DNA from: Bigelowiella natans CCMP2755
Taxonomy: Eukaryota > Protista > Cercozoa
DNA: 64,000 nt
NCBI GenBank assembly: GCA_000320545.1
Contig: ADNK01001699.1
Span: forward strand, 62,001-126,000
Direction of reading: 5' to 3'
Each line of letters starts with the position of its first letter. Position 1 is the stretch's first letter. The position numbers and the translations under genes are program-made. Below, piece by piece: positions 55,631 to 64,000 of the stretch. The notes below the pieces were generated by a model. That model had not been told where the DNA came from. It saw only the letters and a list, made by a program, of their open reading frames with translations, and did not search any database.

Positions 55631-56929
55631 GCTCGTGCTGTGGTCAGTTTGCGACCACCAAGTGCACGCAAGCGCGCATGCACACGGACAAGTGCAAATG
55701 GCAGTGCACGTTGTGCTTTGTCATGTCCAACACTTTCACGTGAGCATGCTCATGCAGGTTCAGGCCATTGTGCCCACATCTCAGTTGGTCACATGGGGGC
55801 ATGTGACGTGAGTTGCACGCCCAGAAACACAGTTCAGGAGGGGGCACACGCAAATGGGAACATCCTTCTCGGTCACTTCCCCAACCGTGGACGTTCCTAG
55901 GAGCACCCTCGGTGTTTTGCTTGCGACAAGGAGTCGGCCTGCGTGTTGCAACGTCATGGGGGAAAATGGCCTGCACTTTCCCTGACGTTTTGGGCAACTT
56001 CAGCTGCGCAGCACGTTGCTGCTGGCTGGCTGGGGACGCTGTGTGCCCAGCACGTGACGTGCATTGGCGCGCAACGCGCTGGTTTGGCATGCTCTGAAAG
56101 ACCCGCAAGCAAGCGGCAAGCTTTGTCCTTTCACGATCTGCTCGTGCACGACCAGCTCGTGTTCCACGTTCAACAGGGTGTCAGTTTTGTGGCACGAAGC
56201 ATTGTCAAAGCATGCATTGCACAGGTTGTGTTGTCAGCGCTGCGCAATGCAACTGCACTGGTGGCGGACGAACTGCGTCAAGTGGACGATCAAGGGAACT
56301 TGATTGGGGCTCAGGGTGAGCCATGGAACCATGCAGAGGAAGCTGAGGGCAAGGAAATCAAGATTGAAAATCCGGAAGTTTCGACGGGTGGCCATGCGTC
56401 ACGGGAAGGTGTCCCAGTGGCTCAGCCCGTGGCTTCTGAACGTTCAAATCATTGAGCTTGGATCGGGCGCCCGGCATTCCCTGACGACGGATGAGGTTCT
56501 GGAGCAGTTTGGTGACCTGACTGTTTCTGCAGGCCGACGAGTTGCAAAGTGTGTTTTGCACTGCGACGGCATTGACAAAGGTGTGAATGACTCAGTCAGA
56601 GTGACAACTGCTGACTTGGAATCGCGGGAGTTCGCACTTCATCGTTGTTTGGACAAGGGAACAACTTTGCGAACTTGGGCCTGCACGATCAAGAAGTGTG
56701 GAGGCCCACATCGTGCTCCGCCAGGCATGGTGGACACGATGGAGCGGAAGGCCAAGCTGCAGCCTTCGGTCCGAGACGTTGCGGGTGCCATCGACTCGTT
56801 TCGACGGCACTGCCCTGTCAAAGGTGAGCTGTGTGTGGCCACTGTGAGCCCGGCACAGTTCCGTGGGAGTGCTCGTGGGCTTTGTGATGAAATCAAAGCA
56901 CACGCTGCTTTGGTCGGCCAAGCCGACTT

Positions 56930-57345
56930 TTTTAGCAGGCTTGCGGTAGCTGCTTAGCTTTTGTGCGCGGGACTGTGCTGATGTCACTGAGTGTCAACAC
57001 GCGGTCCTGTGTGCGTTTGAATTGTGTTGATGACTTGTGACTTGCGCTGCATGCATGTGCGCATTGGGTTCCGGCGCATTCGCGAAGATTCTCGAATCTT
57101 CCAGAATTCTCTCGAATTCTCTGGAAGATTCTCGAAGCTTCCGGAATGCTCTCGAAGATTCTGGAAGATTCTCGAATCTTCCGGAATGTTCTCGAAGCTT
57201 CTGGAAGATTCTCGAAGCTTCTCGAAGATTCCCGAAGTTCTGAGAACTTCCATGCGCATGTGCGCAGCGCAGCGTGCAGCACGAGTGGACGTGCGCATGC
57301 TGCGACAGCTCCTTGATCGTGGGTGGCGCGGCCAGACCGCTGACA
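56930..57345 (-). repeat. 3' LTR
   Basis: Direct repeat of 63042-63457; reads TGTCAGC...GCTAAAA on the minus strand. Confidence 0.97.
57079..57238. promoter_or_regulatory. Heat-shock-element array in the 3' LTR (16 TTCnnGAAnn decamers)
   Basis: Contiguous alternating nTTCn/nGAAn pentamers; 13 of 16 decamers are perfect TTCnnGAA and 3 are CTCnnGAA. Confidence 0.8.
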
Positions 57346-57354
57346 CGCCCCCAT
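57346..57354 (-). other. Polypurine tract
   Basis: ATGGGGGCG immediately precedes the TG of the 3' LTR on the minus strand. Confidence 0.75.
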
Positions 57355-57690
57355 GGACGTGGTGACCACGATCAGAGTGCTGATGTGCACGTGCCATTTC
57401 TGCCATGGTGACAGAACTTTTGCACGGTGCTGCACATGGACGCCATTCCCAAAGGTTTCGGAGTCCGAATGGTTGGCAAAATTTTGCCGACCAAACATCG
57501 CACCACCAGACGCCTGAAACTCTGTGCAGAGGCACAAAATTCCCAGGCTTGCAACTGGGCAAGGTGCCATGGGCATGGTGCACTCCGAAATCGGCAGGAA
57601 AAATTCTTGCCTGACTGGGCAAGGTGCCACCATTTCGGTACGAACTGGGACTTGTCCAAAAAATTAATTTTTTAAACGACACCAGTGTGC

Positions 57691-57772
57691 TTCCAGAAAA
57701 AATTCTGGAATCCCTCACGTGCTTCCAGAAAACATTCTGGAACATTCTGGAACATTCTGGAACATTCTGGAA
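57691..57772. promoter_or_regulatory. Second HSE-like array in the copia 3' untranslated region
   Basis: TTCCAGAA..TTCTGGAA followed by (CATTCTGGAA)x4. Confidence 0.6.
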
Positions 57773-58414
57773 CACCGATCTGGTTTCCCATAGTCAGGTC
57801 CCCAAATTTAGGAACTTCGATCGACCGTGCTTTTAACTCTTCACCTTGCCCCACCTCTTGTGATGAGGCGAGCTACGTACACGTCCACGTCCCCCAATGG
57901 AGCTCTTCCCTGAGAGACGAAATTGCGGGCTGGGCTCCAAATACTGTTGGCTGGCTGGGTTGCAGCCATGCCAGATCGAGAAGGAATGCCGAAGAGAATA
58001 CAGTCTGCCTTCGTGGGTCTGAAGGCATCATACTCTGGTCATAGCGACATTGTTCTTCCACACCTCCACACAGGGAAGGCAGTTTTTTTCTGTCTTATTT
58101 ATTTTTAATTTCGTAGGTATCTCGTAGTATATAGCCTTATATCTTGTTCTTGTTTTGTAGGTATCCTGTCTTTGTTCCACATTCGCCCCCATGATTGTGC
58201 AGTGTCTGGAAGACAGACACTGTGCAATTATATAATCCATAGCGTAATTTACATTCGCCCCCATCGGAGCTGTGCACATAGCTGTGCATATAGTCCATAG
58301 TAAGATACGCAAGGAAAGGTACACACATATAAAGATGTGTGCCATTAAAACCTTGCAGCCTATATGTTCATATGTTGTAGGTTTCTAGATGGACGTGGGG
58401 CTTTTATAGGGCGT

Positions 58415-61400
58415 CTAAGCGGACGTGGGGCCGACAAGGCGAGGGAGCTTGTAAGGTAGAGCCTTTGTTGTTATTTTTCTTTTTCTGGTGCCTTGTAGCA
58501 TGATGGTTAGTTTTTCTCTGTATGATATAGGGAACAAGAAATCACAGTGTTTCTTGTTGCTAGGTCCTGGTAGAGCCTTGGTAAGTATATCAGCGGGATT
58601 GTCCTCCCCAGGTATTTTGTTTATGCAGATCTGCTTGGTTTGATAGTTATCACGAACATTGTGATATTCTATCCTTATGTTCTTGCCTTTCTGTGTGAAT
58701 CCAGGCTTGGCTGCAATGGAGATAGCTGCTTGAGAGTCACAATACACAGGTACAGGGTTCGGTATTTTCATTTTTAACTCCTGTAGTAACTGAGTGACAT
58801 ACACTAACTCTCTGCATATATCTGATAATGCTATGTACTCAGCCTCGCCACTGGACATAGCAACGACCTTTTGCTTGTTGCTCTTCCAGACAACAGGTGC
58901 GTTGCTTAGCGATATGAAATATCCTGAATATGATTTACCCGTTTTCTTGCAGGTCTTCCAGGAAGCATCGACGTAGGCTTTAAGCTCAGGTTTGGACGCT
59001 GCTTTAAAGGTAATTCTTTTGTCCTTTGTGTTGACCAGATATTGTAGTAAGCGCACTGCAGCGATGTAGTGTATAGTTCTAGGATCTTGACTGTAGGAAG
59101 CTAGACGAGATAGAGTGTAGCAGATGTCTGGCCTAGTAGCCACCGCTGCATACATTGCTGCTCCTATGATGGATCTGTATGCCTTCTGATCTACTTTTTC
59201 ATGTTCCACGTATTCGTCTAACTTTGATCCTGTTATCATTGGTGTTTTTGCTCTTTTCGTAGGCGTGATATCATACTTCTGGGCGAGTCTGGTGAGGTAA
59301 TCTTCCTGCGATATCCAATAGTTTCCCTCATTGTCGCTACCAACTCTTATGCCCAGTGTTTTCTTTAGCTCGCCTTCATCGCGAAACTCAAACTTGTCGC
59401 CTATTCGCTTCATGACAAAGTCCAGGTCTTTCTTATCTTGATATGCTATGCATATGTCATCCACGAAACATGACAATATGATGATTCTTCCTTGTCTGTG
59501 CATTATCATTAGGCAAGGATCGGAGTAAAGCTGGACGAAGCCAATGGCGTTGAGATGCTCGAGCAAGGTAAGGCTGAATATTGCACTTGCTTGTGTCAGC
59601 CCATAAATGCTTTTATTTACCAGTAGGGCTAGTGGAAGGCCACTGTTGTATAGCCGGATTTCATCAGGTGTCTTCGGCTTCCACCCTTTAGGTATTTCCA
59701 TGTATACTTTACAGTCCATCTTTCCAGTTAGGAAAGCTGTAAGTATATCTATCCCGTGTAGTTTTAGCTTGAGGATAGATGCTATGGCTAACATTATCCG
59801 AAAACTATTTAGGGACAACGTCGGGGAATAAGAGAAGAAGGAGTCTTCTCCCGGGATCTGCGTGAACCCTCGCGCGACCAGCCTTGACTTATACCGAATG
59901 GTATAGTCTACATTTATTTTCTTCTTGAATACCCATTTAGATGTAACGAAATTTGTATCCTTAGGTCGCACTACCAGCGTAAACGTTCCAAGTTTTCGAA
60001 GCTGGTGCAGTTCCTCTTCCGTAGAAGGTATCCAATGCTTCTTATCATCTCCTGTGATTGCATCGTCATACGTCTTAGGAAGGTCCTCGATCTCATGTAC
60101 TGATGGAGCTTTTATATTCATCAGGCGGTCGTAATAGCTACCAAGTATTCCGTAACGAATACCAGGTACTCCCCTATTTTCTCTATTCGACCTTCGAGGC
60201 TTACTTTTTGCTTTTGTTTCAGGCCCACCATCCTCTGGCAACTCGTCAGTTGCACTGGATGGTTCGGGGGCGTCCGCGTCGGCAGGACCTTCTGGATAAA
60301 GGTACGCCAAAGCCGAATCACTAACTTTGTTTCTCTTCAGCGAAGGAAACTTAAACACTGTGTGGTACCATTTAGTTACACGGACTCTTTTAATTTTCAG
60401 CGTCTTCGTGGCGACGAGAAAAGTACCAAATCTATCGTCATATCCCAACATACGTACGTATTCACCTCTAGCACCCATACCACCTGCAGGTCGGAGTTCC
60501 TTGTCAATGTGGTTTACTCCGATGCATCCCCAGGTAGTTAGATTCTTTAGATTTGGTTGCTCATGGTGCAGTAGTTCTTTAGGCGTTTTTCTACCAGGTG
60601 TGCTGCGATGTGAGGTGACGTTGTGGAGATATGCTGCAGTCTGAGCTGCGTAGGACCAGTATCCGACCGGTAAGCGTGCATGTTCTAACATAGCTCTTGT
60701 TTTCGCCATGATAGTCTGTATGTGACGCTCGGACATTCCATTTTGCTCAGGTGTTCGGGCGGTGCTAGGAACCCATTTTATTCCTTCGGAGGTGAGCCAG
60801 CTATGTAGCTTTGCGCTCATATATTCACCTCCACCATCCGATCTGAATTCGTCTATGCTTCCACAACCTGGAAGCTTTCTGATGTGCTTTATGAACTGTA
60901 TGGTTTTCTGCGTAACTTCGCTTTTCTTTCTCAAGAGCTCCAAGGTAACCCACCTTGTTCCTTCATGTACGAATATTACGAAATACTTGTAACCATCCAT
61001 GCTGTTAGGCATGGTCTTTACATCAGAGTGAATTCTATTCCACATCCGGTTTTTCTTGTGGATATCAGGTACACATTTTTGCTTCTTTTTGACAGCATCG
61101 TCCTCAATCTTTGCTTTATTCCGATGCTGTTTCATCCTTTCTTGGGCGCTTGGATCAAAGATCGGAGATCTTTTTGTTTTGGCTACATCACAGGCCTTGC
61201 AAAAGATCTTCTTTGGTATTTTTATCGTCTTGGAATAAGGTAAACCTTCTGTAACTGCATAGGTGTCTCTTATCTTATCCGCTGCGATGTGCCCTAGGAT
61301 GTTATGTGCGTGCTTGATTGAAGATGGCTGTTTCATTGGGTAGGATTTAAATCTTTGTGTTTTTGTACTTTTGTTTATTTGTTTATATCTCAAATAAAAT

Positions 61401-62858
61401 AGGCCGTCGTCTTGAAAGTCCCCGAACGCGTATTCCTCTCCGTTGGCGGTAATGCTTATTCCTTGTTTTGTTCCTTTGTACTCGCTGCCACTCTTAACTA
61501 GTCTGTTTAGAGAGATCACATTGCCTGCAGCTTCTTCAGAGTACAAAGCTCCTTGTAGAACAATTTTGTGCATCTTTCCTTGCTTGTTTTTAGTAGTTAG
61601 TTTGACGTCGCCTGCATAATTCACAAAGAATCCTGTCCCATCTTTGCCAACTTCTATGTATCGTGGTTGAATAGGTTTCAACTCGTTGAAGAAGTCGCGG
61701 TCACAGAAGAAGTGGTTGTTGGCTCCGCTGTCGAGAAGGATCAAAGGCTTATGGTTGTACTTCAGCGTTTGCAGGTAAGAATTGTCGCGTGCCATCTTAT
61801 TAATGTAAGAGGGTCTTTGGGAAGGGGAGCCATGATCAATGAAGGAATAGTGTTTTCCTTTGTTCTGCTTGCCTTCATCTCTCATCTTGTTTCTGCATTC
61901 CTTTTCCCAATGTCCTTTCTTGCCACAGTAATGACATTTTGTTCTTTTCTTTAAGTTCAAGAAATAGTCTTCTCTCTTTTGCTTCTTGGAATTGTCTTGA
62001 TATGCTCCGCTGTTGTATCTGTTCTTTCCCTTTTTGAATTTTCTCTTGTAGGTATTCAGCTGACCTGTAAGTTCGTTTAGCCTTTTCTCCAAGCCATCGT
62101 ACATCTTCACGTATTTGTGTTCTGCACTGGTGTGTCCTGCATGTTTCTTTGAAGGTCTCTGCCCGTCATCTAATGATCGGGAGTTTATGTGGGAGCGGAT
62201 CATGTCCACTGCAGAGTCGAAGGTAACATCTTTCTTGTTGTTGATGACTGTAACTATAGTCTCGTATTTTTCGCTAGGTACAAGTCCTCGAAGTAGAGTG
62301 GCAAGCGCTTGGTTGTCGGAGTACCCTTCGTGCTGTGCCCGAAGTCTTCTGATCGTCGAGTCAAGGTCAGAATGATACTTTGTGAAGTCTCCATTGTACT
62401 GACCCATGTTTATATCACTTAGTTTCGAATAAAGTTTCCTGACGGCTACAGGATTGGTAGGCTCGTACTTCTCCAGCAAGGCTGCTAAGGTAACTGCTAC
62501 GTCTTTGGGTTTTCCTTCGAGTAGATCGAAGAATTTGTCAGGAAGGGTAGCAGTGAGGAAGAATCTTCCTCTCTTTCTTTTGTTTATCTTTTCTTGTGAT
62601 CCTCTTCCTTCAGGTTTGGGATTGAGGATATCGAATTGCTCCGGGGATAGCTTGAGTACTTCTCGTCGGTGAGCGGGGTCGGTGCGTACATTGACTTCTG
62701 TCACCTTTCCTTCTATTTCTATGTTGACATTGAAGCATGATTCCAAATCCGCTGCTTCAAAGGCAGACATTAGCTTGTACATGTAGGGCTTGTAGTTGCT
62801 ACCATCGTACTTGAGGGTGAAGTTTTTTTAGTAGGGAGTCTATCTGCTTTTCTGACAT
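58415..62858 (-). CDS. Copia Gag-Pol polyprotein: 1455-aa ORF from 62782; probable true start 62858 across a 1-nt frameshift
   Basis: Zinc knuckle CHYCGKKGHWEKEC; protease LLDSGANNH; integrase HNILGH..CKAC, IHSD, RSDGGGEY, QNGMSER; RT YKSRLVARGF, KSIYGLTQ, FVDD; RNase H YVDASW, SSGEAEY, NPADILTK. Confidence 0.98.
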
Positions 62859-63030
62859 GTTGTTTCGTTCCTATTTTCTTTGTTTTTCAGTGCTTTGGAG
62901 GCTTGACCGAAGATTGGCTGAGGGAATGCTGTTGTCGCTTTCAGTTCCTTCTTCTGGAAGGATGTAGCTGAAGGGGGGTGGGGGGTTGCTTGGTTCTTTT
63001 CTGAGTTGGTTCTCTAGCAAGTCCTCTTGA

Positions 63031-63041
63031 GGCTCATAACC
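63031..63041 (-). other. Primer-binding site for an initiator tRNA-Met half molecule
   Basis: GGTTATGAGCC directly abuts the 5' LTR and is complementary to the tRNA-iMet anticodon arm (GGCUCAUAACC). Confidence 0.9.
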
Positions 63042-63457
63042 TTTTAGCGGGCTTGCGGTAGCTGCTTAGCTTTTGTGCGCGGGACTGTGCTGATGTCACT
63101 GAGTGTCAACACGCGGTCCTGTGTGCGTTTGAATTGTGTTGATGACTTGTGACTTGCGCTGCATGCATGTGCGCATTGGGTTCCGGCGCATTCGCGAAGA
63201 TTCTCGAATCTTCCAGAATTCTCTCGAATTCTCTGGAAGATTCTCGAAGCTTCCGGAATGCTCTCGAAGATTCTGGAAGATTCTCGAATCTTCCGGAATG
63301 TTCTCGAAGCTTCTGGAAGATTCTCGAAGCTTCTCGAAGATTCCCGAAGTTCTGAGAACTTCCATGCGCATGTGCGCAGCGCAGCGTGCAGCACGAGTGG
63401 ACGTGCGCATGCTGCGACAGCTCCTTGATCGTGGGTGGCGCGGCCAGACCGCTGACA
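63042..63457 (-). repeat. 5' LTR
   Basis: Direct repeat of 56930-57345, followed by the PBS. Confidence 0.97.
63191..63350. promoter_or_regulatory. Heat-shock-element array in the 5' LTR U3 (16 decamers)
   Basis: Same as 57079-57238; lies upstream of gag-pol in the promoter LTR. Confidence 0.8.
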
Positions 63458-64000
63458 GACTTGGGGTTCGGTTGCAAATGTTTCCAGACGTGTCCATCCT
63501 CTCGTGCGCTTGAGAGGCTCCGTCGGGAGGCTGTGAGGAACGCGCATGCTTCTGAGAGCCCGGAGACCCAGTTTGAGATGGCTCTGCAGCATCTCTGCGA
63601 TGAGGAGGATGAAGAAAAGCTTCAGCGCGACTTCGAGGATGAGCTCGATTTTCTTCGGCGAAAGCGGCATCGATGTGTTGATGGTGTTGGTGGTTTTTGC
63701 CTTTGAACCACTCACAGTTCCAGTGCTTGGGTTGATCGACGATGGCGCTCAACCTGCTGCCACTTCGGAGGCTCCATGCCAAAAGTCAAAATCCTCTGGT
63801 GTTGGGTTTGGATGCAGGCCGATGGCAGGTGAGGTGGGTGGCTCAAGTTCATCGATTGAAAACGAAATTTTGCGAGAAGTCGATTTCACCGTCCAGATCA
63901 AAAGACACAAAAAGCATGGAGCACACGTCAAACTCCGCACTTTGTCTCTGGCATCACTTGGACCGGTCTCGCAGGACTTTGCATTGGGCACAGGTGCCCT

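Larger units (their letters stand above)
53006..56929. other. TpA-free, apparently hypermutated repeat domain (resumes at 63458-64000 after the copia insertion)
   Basis: Manual scan finds 9 TA dinucleotides in ~3.9 kb, all within CTAG, and none in 63458-64000; TG/CA-rich with CpG retained. Confidence 0.9.
56930..63457 (-). mobile_element. Full-length young Ty1/copia LTR retrotransposon, 6,528 bp
   Basis: Two 416-bp LTRs differing at one visible base (56937 A vs 63049 G); 5-bp TSD GACTT at 56925-56929 and 63458-63462; PBS, PPT and copia-order gag-PR-IN-RT-RH ORF. Confidence 0.98.
55940..64000 (+). pseudogene. Decayed LTR-retroelement gag/protease-like relic, split by the copia insertion
   Basis: ORF 56304-56929 (...HAALVGQAD) joins in frame to 63463 onward (LGFGCKCFQ...) once the insertion and one GACTT are removed. 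A downstream frame from 63732 reads LIDDGA...SEAPCQK...GEVGG...DFALG, a retropepsin-like layout. No Tyr, excess Cys/His. Family (Ty3/gypsy-like) is a guess. Confidence 0.6.

Noticed and set aside
53006-56929. CpG-methylation decay or classical RIP as the cause of TG/CA richness
   Set aside because: CpG is abundant and TpA is absent; those C->T processes would deplete CpG or CpA and tend to raise TpA.
53006-56929. ADAR-type RNA editing fixed by reverse transcription
   Set aside because: It would be strand-biased and favours UAG, whereas here both TG and CA products occur and TAG within CTAG survives. Disfavoured rather than formally excluded.
57079-57238. CRISPR-like array
   Set aside because: 10-bp tandem units with no unique spacers, inside a eukaryotic LTR; they match the HSE consensus.
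53100-57400. Dense overlapping Cys/His/Ala-rich ORFs on both strands
   Set aside because: By-product of TpA loss: TAA and most TAG stops are absent, so all six frames stay open.
57685-58345. env-like extra ORF in the copia 3' region
   Set aside because: Only short (<120 aa) ORFs on mixed strands with no convincing signal or transmembrane organisation.
63031-63041. tRNA-Met gene
   Set aside because: Only the 11-nt anticodon-arm match is present, with no cloverleaf; it is the retrotransposon PBS.

Overview
Eukaryotic genomic window from an intron-rich protist (species not identifiable from sequence). The first ~53 kb holds eight spliced protein-coding genes: 5'-truncated isoleucyl-tRNA synthetase, an orphan, isobutyryl-CoA dehydrogenase (ACAD8-like), a TPR protein, a giant (>6,000 aa) RCC1/SPRY/lectin-module HECT E3 ligase, a dynein light chain, a second orphan and RPN10. 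It also holds an intact pogo/Tc2-like MITE. Introns in the first 24 kb are packed with microsatellites. The last 11 kb is transposon territory and carries the main finding. From ~53,006 to the window end the older repeat DNA has lost essentially every TpA dinucleotide; by eye the only survivors are 9 CTAG sites in ~3.9 kb. TpG/CpA are abundant and CpG is retained. Reversing TG/CA to TA restores retroelement protease-like motifs. This looks like a repeat-targeted, both-strand A:T->G:C hypermutation, the mirror image of fungal RIP. A very young Ty1/copia element has inserted into this domain (416-bp LTRs differing at one base, GACTT target duplication, half-tRNA-iMet PBS). Its coding body has normal TpA content, but its U3 is TpA-free and carries 16 tandem heat-shock-element decamers. 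All counts and exon calls are by eye.
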